Positions 37,278 through 47,598 of a stretch of DNA of 64,000 nucleotides are shown here, in pieces. A model generated the notes under the pieces. That model did no database searches. It had not been told where the DNA came from and was given only the letters and a program-made list of their open reading frames with translations. Source of the stretch: an uncultured Christensenellaceae bacterium (GTDB taxonomy: Bacteria > Bacillota > Clostridia > Christensenellales > UBA3700); NCBI GenBank assembly GCA_944380305.1, contig CALWHF010000003.1:66317-130316 (forward strand), in the 5' to 3' direction. Both the position numbers and the translations under genes were made by a program. Position 1 is the first letter of the stretch. Every line of letters starts with the position of its first letter.

Positions 37278-38518
37278 TTACGCACCTGACCGTTGCCGCG
37301 CACGACGTACTTTTCGCTGGTGAGCTGCTTGAGACCGAGAGGACCTCTTGCGTGCAGTTTCTGTGTCGAAATGCCTATCTCCGCGCCGAAACCGAATTCG
37401 AAGCCGTCGGTAAAACGCGTGCTCGCATTGACGTAAACGCATGCGCTGTCAACCTTTGCCACGAAATAATCAGCCGCTTTCTTATCGCTCGTCAGAATAC
37501 CGTCGCTGTGGTTGGTGCTGTGTGCGTTGACCCTTTCCGCCGCCTCGGCGACTCCGTCCACTATATACACGGTCAACACCTTGTCGCCGTGCTCTTTGTA
37601 GTATTCGTTTTCGTTGCAAGGCTCGATATAATCGCAATACGAGCGCGCCTCTTCGCTGCCGTTGACGACACAGCCGTTCTGTTTGAGAATGCCGCATACG
37701 AGCGGCAGAAACTCTTTTGCGACGCTCCTGTCCACGAGGAGCTGTTCGAGCGCGTTACAGGTCGAAGGACGGCTGAGTTTCGCGTTAGCGACCACTTCAG
37801 CCGCCATATTCAGATCCGCGGTCTTTTCGACGTACAGATGGCAGTTGCCGCCCGCGCTTGCGATGACAGGCATCAGAGCGTTTTCGAGCACGAATTTCTT
37901 GAGACCGTCGCCGCCTCTCGGGATCACGACGTCGATGTATTTGCTTTGTTTCAACATCGCGAGCGAGCCGTCTCTCGTCACGTCGTCGATGAAAGCGACG
38001 ATATTGCGGCTGATAACGCCGCTTTTTTCTATCGCGTCGCCGATTATCGACGCGAGAATACGATTGCTGTTTATAGCCTCTTTGCCGCCGCGAAGTATCA
38101 CGCAGTTGCCCGACTTTATGCAAAGAGCCGCAACGTCTGCGGTCACGTTGGGGCGCGACTCGTATATTACGCCGATAACGCCGAGCGGCACGCGTACTTT
38201 GCTTATTTCAAGCCCGTTGGGACGCACGAAAGTATCCGTTATCTCGCCTACGGGATCGTCGAGTTTCGCGACGTCGCGCACGCCTTCGCATATTGCCGCG
38301 ATGCGCTTGTCGTTCAGGCGCAACCTGTCTTTCATCGCTTCGCTGAGCGAAACAGCCGCCTCCAGATCTTTGGCGTTCTCCTCCAGAATCCTGCCCGCGT
38401 TCGCCTCTATCTCGTCCGCGATCGACTCCAGTATCCTGTTTTTGTCGTAAGCGTCCAGCGTCGCCAGGTCGTAACTCGCCTGTTTTGCGAGCGCGCAGAT
38501 CTTTTCTATATCAGCCAT
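37274..38518 (-). CDS. proA: Glutamate-5-semialdehyde dehydrogenase (gamma-glutamyl phosphate reductase)
   Basis: The ProA pattern runs throughout (VIYESRPNVT..., IPRGG, NASTRFTDG). The start is at MADIEK (ATG 38518), after GGAGGG. The track start at 38539 is a TTG. Confidence 0.9.
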   Translation of the reverse strand: MADIEKICALAKQASYDLATLDAYDKNRILESIADEIEANAGRILEENAKDLEAAVSLSEAMKDRLRLNDKRIAAICEGVRDVAKLDDPVGEITDTFVRPNGLEISKVRVPLGVIGVIYESRPNVTADVAALCIKSGNCVILRGGKEAINSNRILASIIGDAIEKSGVISRNIVAFIDDVTRDGSLAMLKQSKYIDVVIPRGGDGLKKFVLENALMPVIASAGGNCHLYVEKTADLNMAAEVVANAKLSRPSTCNALEQLLVDRSVAKEFLPLVCGILKQNGCVVNGSEEARSYCDYIEPCNENEYYKEHGDKVLTVYIVDGVAEAAERVNAHSTNHSDGILTSDKKAADYFVAKVDSACVYVNASTRFTDGFEFGFGAEIGISTQKLHARGPLGLKQLTSEKYVVRGNGQVRK

Positions 38519-38567
38519 ACAGCCCTCCGTATAAAACAAAAACGGGCTTGACCCGTCTTTGCAACGA

Positions 38568-39311
38568 TCATTCTTCTTCCTCTTCTTCGGAAAGTTCCGC
38601 GTTGTGATAGACGTCCTGAACGTCGTCGTTCTCTTCGAGCATATCGAGAAGTCTTCTGACTTTGGCCTCGGTCTCTTCGTCGACCTTGACCGTATTTGAC
38701 GGAACCATCGTCAGTTCAGCCGAAAGAACGGTCAACGACTTGTTTCCCTCGATCGCCTGTTTTACCGCGTCGAAGTCAGCGACCTGCGTATATATCTCGT
38801 AGACGTCCTCGTCGGTCACAACGTCGTCCGCGCCCGCCTCGAGAGCTATCTCCATCATCGTATCTTCGTCAATATCGCCTTTTTCTACGACGATTATGCC
38901 CTTTTTATCGAACATATAGCTGACGCAGCCGGTAGTGCCCAGATTGCCGCCGCACTTGTCGAAGTGGTGCCTGACGTCGCTTGCGGTACGGTTCTTGTTG
39001 TCGGTGAGCGTTCTGACTATGACCGCAACACCGCCCGCGCCGTATCCTTCGTAGGTGATCTCCTCGTAGTTGACCGCATTGAGGTCGCCGCTCGCCTTCT
39101 TGATGCCTCTGACTATATTGTCGTTGGGCATATTGTTGGCTTTTGCCTTCGCAATGACGTCTCGGAGTTTGGAGTTGATGTTGGGATCGGGACCGCCCGC
39201 CTTGACCGCGACAGCGATCTCTCTGCCTATCTTGGTAAACACGTTGGCGCGCTTAGCGTCCGCCGCGCCCTTTTTATTCTTGATGTTAGCCCATTTGCTA
39301 TGACCGGACAT
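38568..39311 (-). CDS. yebC: YebC/PmpR (TACO1) family transcriptional/translation regulator
   Basis: [32 protein letters not shown]... is the canonical family N-terminus. Confidence 0.9.
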   Translation of the reverse strand: MSGHSKWANIKNKKGAADAKRANVFTKIGREIAVAVKAGGPDPNINSKLRDVIAKAKANNMPNDNIVRGIKKASGDLNAVNYEEITYEGYGAGGVAVIVRTLTDNKNRTASDVRHHFDKCGGNLGTTGCVSYMFDKKGIIVVEKGDIDEDTMMEIALEAGADDVVTDEDVYEIYTQVADFDAVKQAIEGNKSLTVLSAELTMVPSNTVKVDEETEAKVRRLLDMLEENDDVQDVYHNAELSEEEEEE

Positions 39312-39486
39312 TGGAATACCTCCGTAAAAACTGTGATTAACGCTATTATTTTATACCATACGCGCGATAAAAGCAAGAAAGCGCGCGCAAATATTGCAAA
39401 TATCGGCTCAGCCGATCCGTTTACGACAGTATCAAACGCTATCGACGTTGAAAAAACGCCGCGACGACTGCCGCGGCGTTAAGTCT

Positions 39487-42400
39487 TCAAGCCTGTTCTT
39501 CTGCAGTATATCCCCAGACGACCTGTTGCTCCGCATTCCAGCCTTCGCTCCAGCCTGAAGGTGCGGACTCCGTTTCGCAGTATATCGTCAATCCGTCGGT
39601 GCCGCTGAACGCGCCGCTTGCTATATCCGTCACGCTTGAGGGGATATAGGTCATCTTCAGCGAGCTGCCCGAGAACACCCCTGATCCTATGCTCTTAAGT
39701 CCGTCAGGCAGGATAATTTCCTCGATAACGGTATATGCGAACGCCGAATCACCTATAGACTGCAGATTGCCGTCTTCGGCAAAAACAACTTTCTTCAGAT
39801 TCCATGCGTTGTCGAACGCATTGTTGCCGATCGAGATGACCGATGACGGCAGAACGATTTTCCACAAAACATAACAGCGTGAAAACGCGCTATCCCCAAT
39901 GACCTCGAGACCTTCGGGCAACACTATCGACCTGAGGCTATAGCAGTTTGCAAAAGCATAGGATCTTATCTCTTTGATCGCGCTGTTCCCGGCAAATATC
40001 ACCTCTTCGACGGTACTTTCATAAAAAGCATACTCTCCGATGTATGTAACGCTTGCGGGGATCACTACTTTCTTGAGATACAGCGAATCTTCAAATGCGT
40101 GCTCCTGAATTTCGGTAACGTAATCGGGTATGACGAGCTCTCCGTCACAAGTGCCGATCAGTCCGACCAGAACTGTATCGTTTTTCAAGATAAAGTCATC
40201 TTTGATGCTGAAAAATTCGTTACCTTCGTTTATAGTGACGGACGCCACACCGTAAAACGCGTTTCCGCCTATACCGGTTACACTTGCGGGAATCTCCACG
40301 TTCAGGGACGAACAACCGTTGAAAGCGTTATCGCCGATAGTTTGCAGCGTGTCCGGGAGATTGACGCTTCTTAGAGACGTGCATCCTTCAAATGCAGAAT
40401 ACGGTATCTCTCTGATCGTGCTCGGAAGTACAACTTCTTCAAGCGAAGTACAATTATTAAAGCACAATCCTCCAAGCGATGCGTCCGCTTCGATAACGAC
40501 TTTGGTCAGCAATTTGCAATTCTCGAACGCTTTTGACCATATCGACGTCACCTTGTACACGGTTCCGCCGCTGTTTATCTCGGCAGGTACGGTGAGCTCT
40601 CCTTCGCATTCAGGGCTCTGACTTTCCAGATAAGCTGAAATGCCTTGTAACAAATAAAAACCTCCGTCATCACTCCAATAGTAATTTTCGTATATCGTTT
40701 CTTCTCTGCCGTCATACGACCAGATCACATAGCACTGAGGTCCGTGCACCGAATTCCAATACGGCGACCAGTTTTCGCCCGCAGACTCTCTTTCACAGAG
40801 AATCACGACCATCATATAAGTATCGATAAACAGATTGCCGCCGACTTTGTCTACGCTTTGAGGTATTGTCAGGGTTTTCAGATCAGTACAACCATTGAAG
40901 ACATTTTCTCCTATCACCTCGAGACCTTCGGGCAAAACGACGTTCACAATGTCTTTGCAGTTCAAGAACGCATAAGAGCCTATCTCTTTCAAAGAATAGG
41001 CTGTGCCGTCATACTCTACCGTCTCAGGCAATACGACGTCTCCCTGAGTGCTTTCGTCACACGCAATAAGCACTGCCGTGCCATCTTTAAGCAGATATGT
41101 AAAGCCGTCATCGGTCATGTAATACTGCTCTCCGTTTTCGCTCGTAGCGTTATTATTGCAATCCCATATTACCGCCGCGACGTCGCTGCCGATCGCGTCA
41201 GGATCCCATCCTTCGGGCATGGAGGCAGCCTCTATCATAACCACAAGTCCGTAGCACCCTCCGAATACGTTACTGCCCATATAGGCTACGTTTGACGGCA
41301 CGACGATCTTTTCGAGGCTTATGTCGTTGTAGAACACATCGTAAGACATTTCTTGCAGAGAAGACGGCAGTTCCACCTCTTTGAGTGCAGAATTGAACGA
41401 AAAAGCGTAATGATCAATGGTCTCAAGCGTTTCGGGCAATACTATTTTCTTCAGATTTCCGCAATCGCTAATCCCGTATGGCCCTATGTTTTTCACCCCG
41501 TCGGGCAGGATCACCTCTTCGAGAGATTCTCTGTCTTTAATGGCATAATCGAAAATTGTCTCCACTCCCGCGGGGACAGTGTACGATACATCGTTACCGA
41601 CATATTTAATAAGCGTTTTACCGTCGGCGGTAAGAAGTGATTTGCCGTCAAAAACGAAACTCTTATTGTTCTCGTCTATATCGAAAGCGGTCAGTTTCGG
41701 ACAATTATCGAAACACTGACCGCCAAAAGCGGTCAGGCTTGCGGGAATATAGAATCTTTCGATCGACGTATTGTCAAACGCATATCCGTATATCGTCTCG
41801 AGAACGGAACCTTCTTCAATCGTCACTTCCTTCAACTCGGTATCGTTACTGAACATACCCGACGGTATCGATTTCCAGTTTGCAGGGATTTCGAAATATT
41901 CAATACGAGTCGACGCAAAAATAGCATCCCCGAGCGATTCTATCGAGCTGTTTTCTCCTATCTCTACCGAAACCATTCCCGATTCGTAAAAAGCATTGTT
42001 TCCTATATTCTTTACGCTGCTCGGAATATAAACCTCGTTAAGAGACTTGCAGAAACCGAACGCATTGTCTTCTATAGATTCCAAAGCTTCAGCGACCGAG
42101 AGATCTATCACGGAGAGTTTTTCGCAGCCTTTGAACGCACTTCCTCCTATTACCTTAAGAGATGCGGGCAGAACAATTTCTTCCAGACTTTTGCTATTGT
42201 AGAACATATACGGGGATATTTCGGTCAGGCCTTCCTCAAAAATCACCTTGACAACATTGTCATTGCCGCAAAATGCTCCGATAAGGCTTTTTACCTTATA
42301 GCCGTCTATTTCGTCAGGAGCTGTCACTTGCCCCCCTTGTCCCTTATATCTTGTGATGTACGCCGACTCTCCATCTGTAACGTAATCGTATTCTTCGTTA

Positions 42401-43668
42401 GAAGTGACGTTGTTATAATAATTCGATACGGTGGCTCCGTCCGAATATTCGACGTCGGTAAACAGCTCACTATTGCTCTCGAAGAATATCTCAACGTCAT
42501 CCTTCATGCCATTGAATGCCGCATAATTAATTTCAAAAACGCTTGCAGGTATTGTGATTGACGACAATGAAGAACAACCATTGAAAACATTGTTATAAAT
42601 CTTTTTAAGACTGTGCGGCAACACAACCTCTTCAAGCGAAGTACAGCCTTCGAATAATCCGTATTCAAGACACTCTACTCCTTCCGGTATTACCAACGAA
42701 GTAAGAGACGTGCAGTCTTCAAAGCAATCGGATCCCATTTCCACAAAATCTGCAAATGTTCCCGTAAGGGTCAATTCAGAAAGAGATCCGCAATCCTTAA
42801 ACGCATAAGCTTCACATATTGACAGATTGTTGCAATTTATCGAGATCTTTTCGACATCGGAAAATCCATAAAAAGATGAATGCCCGATTTTATCGGCATT
42901 GGTAACACATATCTCTTTCAACGAAGACGGAACCTCCACATCAGACATGGACGAGCCGAATAACATATACATATTTCCGTCGTTGCTACTCGCTCCGACA
43001 TAAGGCACGGTGATCTTTGTCAGGTTTTCGCAGCCCTTTAGCATCGCGTTGCTTATACTTTTTACCGTGTCGGGAATAACTATCGAACGCAGATTTATCA
43101 ACGTCGTAAACCCTTCGATTGCCGTTACGGGGTATCCCTTATACTCGGATTCTATCACCAGATCTTCGGTATCGGACTCAAACAAAAGAGCCATACTTGT
43201 TTGGGTTTCGGGATCGGCATAGTATAACACACCATTTTCGTCAGGTAAAGTATATCCGCAAACCGAACATTTTCCTCTGCTGTTAATACTGTGGTAATCG
43301 TTGTCGTCTATGTAACCGCAAACCGAACACTCCCTCCAATGACCCGAGAGGTCGCTCTTCCATCCGTCGAAAACGTGTGCGGTAGGAGCAAGATAGGTTT
43401 CCTCCTCGGTAATGGTGTTTGTACATTCGGCATCGGTAAAAACCATACCGCAATCGTCGCATTTCCAATACTCGATGTTACCCGACTCCGTGCAAGAAGG
43501 TTCGACCGCATCGATATGCCTGATATTCGTGTGCTTGCATACTTCGTTATTGCCGTCCACGTCTCCGCCCCCGAGCAAGCCCGAGAGGTCGTCGCACGCG
43601 CTGAGCAGCGCGACTGTCGCAAAAACGGTTATTAAAACAAAAGTCAGAATGATCAAACGCTTTTTCAT
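39487..43668 (-). CDS. Giant BspA-type leucine-rich-repeat surface lipoprotein
   Basis: The lipoprotein signal is MKKRLIILTFVLITVFATVALLSAC, and Cys-rich zinc-ribbon-like modules follow at the N-terminus. Dozens of LRR_5-type repeats (I.IP.SV..IG..AF..C..L) make up the rest of the 1393 aa. Confidence 0.8.
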   Translation of the reverse strand: MKKRLIILTFVLITVFATVALLSACDDLSGLLGGGDVDGNNEVCKHTNIRHIDAVEPSCTESGNIEYWKCDDCGMVFTDAECTNTITEEETYLAPTAHVFDGWKSDLSGHWRECSVCGYIDDNDYHSINSRGKCSVCGYTLPDENGVLYYADPETQTSMALLFESDTEDLVIESEYKGYPVTAIEGFTTLINLRSIVIPDTVKSISNAMLKGCENLTKITVPYVGASSNDGNMYMLFGSSMSDVEVPSSLKEICVTNADKIGHSSFYGFSDVEKISINCNNLSICEAYAFKDCGSLSELTLTGTFADFVEMGSDCFEDCTSLTSLVIPEGVECLEYGLFEGCTSLEEVVLPHSLKKIYNNVFNGCSSLSSITIPASVFEINYAAFNGMKDDVEIFFESNSELFTDVEYSDGATVSNYYNNVTSNEEYDYVTDGESAYITRYKGQGGQVTAPDEIDGYKVKSLIGAFCGNDNVVKVIFEEGLTEISPYMFYNSKSLEEIVLPASLKVIGGSAFKGCEKLSVIDLSVAEALESIEDNAFGFCKSLNEVYIPSSVKNIGNNAFYESGMVSVEIGENSSIESLGDAIFASTRIEYFEIPANWKSIPSGMFSNDTELKEVTIEEGSVLETIYGYAFDNTSIERFYIPASLTAFGGQCFDNCPKLTAFDIDENNKSFVFDGKSLLTADGKTLIKYVGNDVSYTVPAGVETIFDYAIKDRESLEEVILPDGVKNIGPYGISDCGNLKKIVLPETLETIDHYAFSFNSALKEVELPSSLQEMSYDVFYNDISLEKIVVPSNVAYMGSNVFGGCYGLVVMIEAASMPEGWDPDAIGSDVAAVIWDCNNNATSENGEQYYMTDDGFTYLLKDGTAVLIACDESTQGDVVLPETVEYDGTAYSLKEIGSYAFLNCKDIVNVVLPEGLEVIGENVFNGCTDLKTLTIPQSVDKVGGNLFIDTYMMVVILCERESAGENWSPYWNSVHGPQCYVIWSYDGREETIYENYYWSDDGGFYLLQGISAYLESQSPECEGELTVPAEINSGGTVYKVTSIWSKAFENCKLLTKVVIEADASLGGLCFNNCTSLEEVVLPSTIREIPYSAFEGCTSLRSVNLPDTLQTIGDNAFNGCSSLNVEIPASVTGIGGNAFYGVASVTINEGNEFFSIKDDFILKNDTVLVGLIGTCDGELVIPDYVTEIQEHAFEDSLYLKKVVIPASVTYIGEYAFYESTVEEVIFAGNSAIKEIRSYAFANCYSLRSIVLPEGLEVIGDSAFSRCYVLWKIVLPSSVISIGNNAFDNAWNLKKVVFAEDGNLQSIGDSAFAYTVIEEIILPDGLKSIGSGVFSGSSLKMTYIPSSVTDIASGAFSGTDGLTIYCETESAPSGWSEGWNAEQQVVWGYTAEEQA

Positions 43669-43834
43669 AAACTCTACTCCTTGATCCTGTTATTGTGATC
43701 AATCTGTCGTCGATACACCTTTTCCGCCTCAAGATTAATCTCGGCTGACAATATATCACGCGTTATTATATAATTTTACTACCGTTTCGGATAAAACTCA
43801 AGATTTTTCAGTAATTTCACCTAATAAAGACGCA

Positions 43835-43866
43835 AATATAATAAAAGGAAGCCTTGCGACTTCCTT
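43835..43866 (-). terminator. Probable terminator after the TrmH-family gene
   Basis: On the minus strand, AAGGAAG pairs with CTTCCTT and is followed by a T-rich TTTATTATATTT. Confidence 0.5.
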
Positions 43867-43886
43867 TGTGTCATTTCGGCAGCGGA

Positions 43887-44654
43887 TCATTTCTGATACA
43901 CCAACGTGTAAAGCGCGATGCTCATCGCTACGGCGGCGTTAAGCGATTCCATTCCCTCTTTCATCGGGAGCGCGAGCACCTTCGTCGCCCTCTCTCTGAA
44001 GTACGGAGACACGCCGTGCGCCTCGTTTCCCGCGACGAGCGCGAAAGGCCTGTCTTTGTCGATATTTGCACCGTATATATTTTCGCCGCCCATATCGAGC
44101 GCGTAGACATTGTGTCCCGCAAGCAGTTTTCCTATCTCCTCTTTCGACGTCTCGGTCACTATGTTGACCGAAAACACGCCGCCCATGGACCCTCGTACCA
44201 CCTTGCCGGCCGTCCAGTCGGTACAGCCGACGGCGAGTATCTGACTTATGCCGCAGGCTACGCAGGTCCTGACTATCGTGCCGAAATTTCCGGGATCCGA
44301 GATCCCGTCGAGCACGGCGACGTCTTCTTTTATCACGCGTTTGGCGAGCGGCATAGCGACCACCGCGACTATCCCCGAAGGGGTCGTCGTATCGCTGATC
44401 TGCTGCATGCACTTTTCCGAGACCTCGTATATCTTCGTCCTCGTTCCGTCGTATTTTGCAAGCACGTCCGAAAACTGCTCGAGCTTGTCTTGCGCGACGA
44501 TGACGCTCTCGACGATGACTTCCTCGGGAAGGTCTCTGACGATATTGCCGCCCTCGGCAAGGAGCTTGCCTTCTTTGTAGCGGTTCTCCTTGAGCTTGAG
44601 CGATCTGAAATACTTGATCTTAGCGTTCGCAACGCTGGTAATGGTTTCTCTCAT
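43887..44654 (-). CDS. TrmH/SpoU-family RNA 2'-O-methyltransferase
   Basis: The SpoU motifs are LDGISDPGNFGTIVRT, ALVAGNEAHG and LNAAVAMSIALY. Confidence 0.85.
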   Translation of the reverse strand: MRETITSVANAKIKYFRSLKLKENRYKEGKLLAEGGNIVRDLPEEVIVESVIVAQDKLEQFSDVLAKYDGTRTKIYEVSEKCMQQISDTTTPSGIVAVVAMPLAKRVIKEDVAVLDGISDPGNFGTIVRTCVACGISQILAVGCTDWTAGKVVRGSMGGVFSVNIVTETSKEEIGKLLAGHNVYALDMGGENIYGANIDKDRPFALVAGNEAHGVSPYFRERATKVLALPMKEGMESLNAAVAMSIALYTLVYQK

Positions 44655-44698
44655 ACCGATATTTTACCACAGATACGCCAGTATTTCAATAGTGAATT

Positions 44699-46069
44699 TC
44701 AGCGGTACAGCAGACACTCACCCCAGCCTACGCCGCCCTGACCCGAATTGTCCGTGATCTCGAGTTTCAGCGACCTCGTTCCGTCGGGGATCGCGACGCA
44801 TATATAACTCATATCCGTCTTCCAGCCTATGCCGCTCATTTTGTACAGCTCGGTATCGTCGGCAAGGATCCTGACGCTTGCGTTTGCGTACACGCCCCAC
44901 GGGTCGTTGTCTCTTATGACTTTGTCAATGCCGACGTAAGCGGCAAAGAACCTGCACTCCTTACCCGACACGTCGAATGCGAGAGTAAGCGTGCCGTTTG
45001 CCTTGGTGTATATGCCGTCGGAAAACGTTTTTTCTTCTCCGTCGTATAACGATACCTCTCTGAAAGCGTAATTGCTGTTTCCGCTCTGAACGGGAACGAT
45101 CGAACTGAGTTTTTCGGTGGTATCGCATACGCTGATAAGACATTCTTTCACCGCTCTGTTGCCGAGAGAATTTATCGCGGTGACGGTTATCGGATAGCTG
45201 CCTGCCACGGACATATTTACCGTGCCCGTGTAGGTTACTGACGTTATAGGAGCTATATCCGCGACGTTGGAATTTGCCTTGGCGAGGCTGTACACGTCGA
45301 ATTTGTCGTTCACCGTAAGCAGCTTGCCGTCGTCGATACTCATCAACGGATACGCGGTCAGAGCGACGTCGTAACGCTCGGGAGATAACTTCGGCATTAC
45401 CGCATAGTTACCGTAATCGTATCTGTTATTCTGATCCATGTAGTCCTTTCCCTGCAAGCCGTATGCGCCCGCACCGCCCCAGGTAGTATCGCTCATATAC
45501 CATTTTCCGTCCGCAAAGAGGTAGTTCCACGCGTGCGCCCCTCCCGCCGTGCCGTTGGTGTAAAGTGCTCTTGCACCCGCTCTTTGCGCGAGATACAGAT
45601 AGCCCATCGAGTACCCCGAACAGATGCAGTTCTTCGTGATGAACGCGCCGTAGAATCCGTCGGCATAATTGACGTTTGCGTACTTCACGGAAGGACTGTA
45701 CGCATTGTGCAGCGATACGAGAGCCTGCGCCTCGCTCATATCGTCGGACAGTTTGGCAAGGAACGAGGACACTTCTTTCTCCGTCTGTCTGTAAACGGCG
45801 AGTTTGTCGTGTTTGTAATAGTATTCTCCTTCCCCGTTGTACGTCCTTATCGTGACGGTATCCACAAAGCCGTTTTTCAGCGTGGTCGTTACTCTGCCGC
45901 TCCAGTCGTTCCAGTAATATATGAAATAAAATCTCGGCTCGTCGTCGGCGAGATATTCTTTTATCCTGTTCACCTCGCTCCTCAGCAGATATATGCTGTT
46001 CTCCTGAAGATTTACTGTCAGAGAGGTTTTACTGCTGTCCGAGATGTCCGTCTCGAAGAGCTTTTGCAT
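44699..46069 (-). CDS. Transglutaminase-like cysteine protease domain protein with Ig-like and NPCBM-like C-terminal domains
   Basis: The core is CSGYSMGYLYLAQRAG...AHAWNYLFADGKWYMSDTTWG (Cys-His-Asp type). The C-terminus ...LKLEITDNSGQGGVGWGECLLYR is NPCBM-like. No signal peptide is visible at the annotated N-terminus. Confidence 0.7.
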   Translation of the reverse strand: MQKLFETDISDSSKTSLTVNLQENSIYLLRSEVNRIKEYLADDEPRFYFIYYWNDWSGRVTTTLKNGFVDTVTIRTYNGEGEYYYKHDKLAVYRQTEKEVSSFLAKLSDDMSEAQALVSLHNAYSPSVKYANVNYADGFYGAFITKNCICSGYSMGYLYLAQRAGARALYTNGTAGGAHAWNYLFADGKWYMSDTTWGGAGAYGLQGKDYMDQNNRYDYGNYAVMPKLSPERYDVALTAYPLMSIDDGKLLTVNDKFDVYSLAKANSNVADIAPITSVTYTGTVNMSVAGSYPITVTAINSLGNRAVKECLISVCDTTEKLSSIVPVQSGNSNYAFREVSLYDGEEKTFSDGIYTKANGTLTLAFDVSGKECRFFAAYVGIDKVIRDNDPWGVYANASVRILADDTELYKMSGIGWKTDMSYICVAIPDGTRSLKLEITDNSGQGGVGWGECLLYR

Positions 46070-46090
46070 GATAACGTCGTAGCCTTTGCG

Positions 46091-46210
46091 CTACTCTTCG
46101 CCCAGCACGTTTCTGCCAATTAATATTGCAATTTCTCTGAAACTTTTTCCTTCGTTGTAATATTTTCGTATACAACAGCGTTCTTCTATGGTAAGATGAT
46201 TATGGTTCAT
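46091..46210 (-). pseudogene. IS30-family transposase N-terminal remnant (39 codons)
   Basis: MNHNHLTIEERCCIRKYYNEGKSFREIAILIGRN matches the HTH N-terminus of IS30 transposases, then diverges and stops. GGAGA precedes the ATG. It is below the ORF-track length cutoff. Confidence 0.6.
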
Positions 46211-46321
46211 ATGATTTCTCCTGTTGTGTTTTTTGTTGCAATTTTAATTATACAACAGGTTCATATGAACTTCTTTTTTTTCTTCTCAAAGTGTTGCACT
46301 TGAAAGTATAATTCACCCCCT

Positions 46322-46353
46322 AAAAAAATCCGCCTTGCAAATGCAAGACGGAT
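46322..46353 (-). terminator. Rho-independent terminator of the infC-rpmI-rplT operon
   Basis: The minus strand reads ATCCGTCTTGCA-tt-TGCAAGGCGGAT followed by T7. Confidence 0.8.
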
Positions 46354-46374
46354 AAATATGTCTGTATTGCTGAA

Positions 46375-46719
46375 TTACGCTTTAGCCTTTTCGCAGAGAG
46401 TTGCAAATGCCGCGCTGTCGTTGACTGCGAGATCTGCGAGGACCTTTCTGTTGAGATTGATACCCTGCTTCTTGAGACCGTTCATGAATCTGCTGTAAGA
46501 AAGGCCGTTCATTCTTGCAGCCGCGTTGATACGAGCGATCCATAGCTGACGGAACTGCCTCTTCTTGTTCTTTCTGCCGACGTACGCATAATTCTGCGAC
46601 TTCATCACGGCTTCGCGAGCAACTCTGTAGAGCTTGGATTTAGAACCCCAGTAACCCTTTGCTGCCTTCAATATCTTTCTGCGTTTCTTAACTGCGTTTA
46701 CGCCTCTTTTGATTCTCAT
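46375..46719 (-). CDS. rplT: 50S ribosomal protein L20
   Basis: The product begins [34 protein letters not shown].... Confidence 0.95.
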   Translation of the reverse strand: MRIKRGVNAVKKRRKILKAAKGYWGSKSKLYRVAREAVMKSQNYAYVGRKNKKRQFRQLWIARINAAARMNGLSYSRFMNGLKKQGINLNRKVLADLAVNDSAAFATLCEKAKA

Positions 46720-46735
46720 ATTCCTTTACCTCCGA

Positions 46736-46924
46736 TTAGATCATGCCCTTTATCGTTTTAGCCTGGGTCTGGTCGACGAACGCCGCCTTTCTCAAACCGC
46801 GCTTTCTCTTGGGCGATTTTTTGCTAAGAATATGTCTGCGGTTCATCTTAGCTCTCTTGATTTTGCCGCTTCCGGTCAGCGAAAAACGCTTTTTCGCGCC
46901 GCTATGTGATTTTTGTTTTGGCAT
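46736..46924 (-). CDS. rpmI: 50S ribosomal protein L35
   Basis: The product begins [24 protein letters not shown].... The start at 46924 lies 7 nt after GGAGGA. Confidence 0.93.
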   Translation of the reverse strand: MPKQKSHSGAKKRFSLTGSGKIKRAKMNRRHILSKKSPKRKRGLRKAAFVDQTQAKTIKGMI

Positions 46925-46953
46925 TTTCCTGTCCTCCAAAAATATTTCCTGTG

Positions 46954-47466
46954 TTATTTTTTCGCGATGGGTATGAGCAGCATCGCAACCACTCTGCCTT
47001 CCGTTGTCGGAGGCTTATCCATCTGCGCGTTTTCCTTTACCAATTCGAAGAAGTCGGTCATGACTTTGAGAGCGAGCTCGGGTCTTGCCTGCTGTCTGCC
47101 CTTGAGTCTGATCGAAACTCTGACTCTGTTGCCGTCGCTTATGAACTTGTTAGCCTGCTTCGCCTTCGTGTTGAGATCTCCGACGTCGATCGTCGCGCTG
47201 AGCCATACTTCTTTGACTTCGACGACTTTCTGATTTTTCTTGTTCTCCTTCTCGCGCTTGGTGGTCTCGTAGCGGTATTTGCCGTAATCCATGATCTTGC
47301 ATACGGGCGGTTTCGCCGTCGGCGAGATCATAACGAGGTCGAGATTTTTCTCGTCTGCGAGCGCGTTGGCTTCTCTCGACGACATTATGCCGAGCTGAGT
47401 GCCGTCCGAATCGAGAAGTCTGACTTCCTTTTCCCTGATGTCGGAATTAATAAGCAGTTCTTTGAT
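46954..47466 (-). CDS. infC: Translation initiation factor IF-3 (probable non-AUG start)
   Basis: (I)[28 protein letters not shown]...[15 protein letters not shown]... aligns with full-length IF3 from its first residues. GGAGGG lies 8 nt before an ATC at 47466. The upstream ATG and TTG fall inside the leader terminator hairpin. Confidence 0.85.
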   Translation of the reverse strand: MKELLINSDIREKEVRLLDSDGTQLGIMSSREANALADEKNLDLVMISPTAKPPVCKIMDYGKYRYETTKREKENKKNQKVVEVKEVWLSATIDVGDLNTKAKQANKFISDGNRVRVSIRLKGRQQARPELALKVMTDFFELVKENAQMDKPPTTEGRVVAMLLIPIAKK

Positions 47467-47483
47467 AAGCTTGCCCTCCGGGT

Positions 47484-47596
47484 AAAAAATTAGTGGGTAA
47501 CAAAACATAGTCGTTACCCACAATAAAACCGATTTGTTTTATTAACCGCGTCTGACCAAAGGCGACGGGTGAGAACTAGTCTGCTTCGTTACGGTA
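47484..47596 (-). promoter_or_regulatory. L20 leader (ribosomal-protein autoregulatory attenuator)
   Basis: The 5' UTR between the promoter and infC is structured. It ends in the hairpin GTGGGTAAC...GTTACCCAC (47521-47493) followed by TAATTTTTT, just before the infC RBS. This is the Firmicutes-type arrangement. Confidence 0.65.
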
Positions 47597-47598
47597 CT

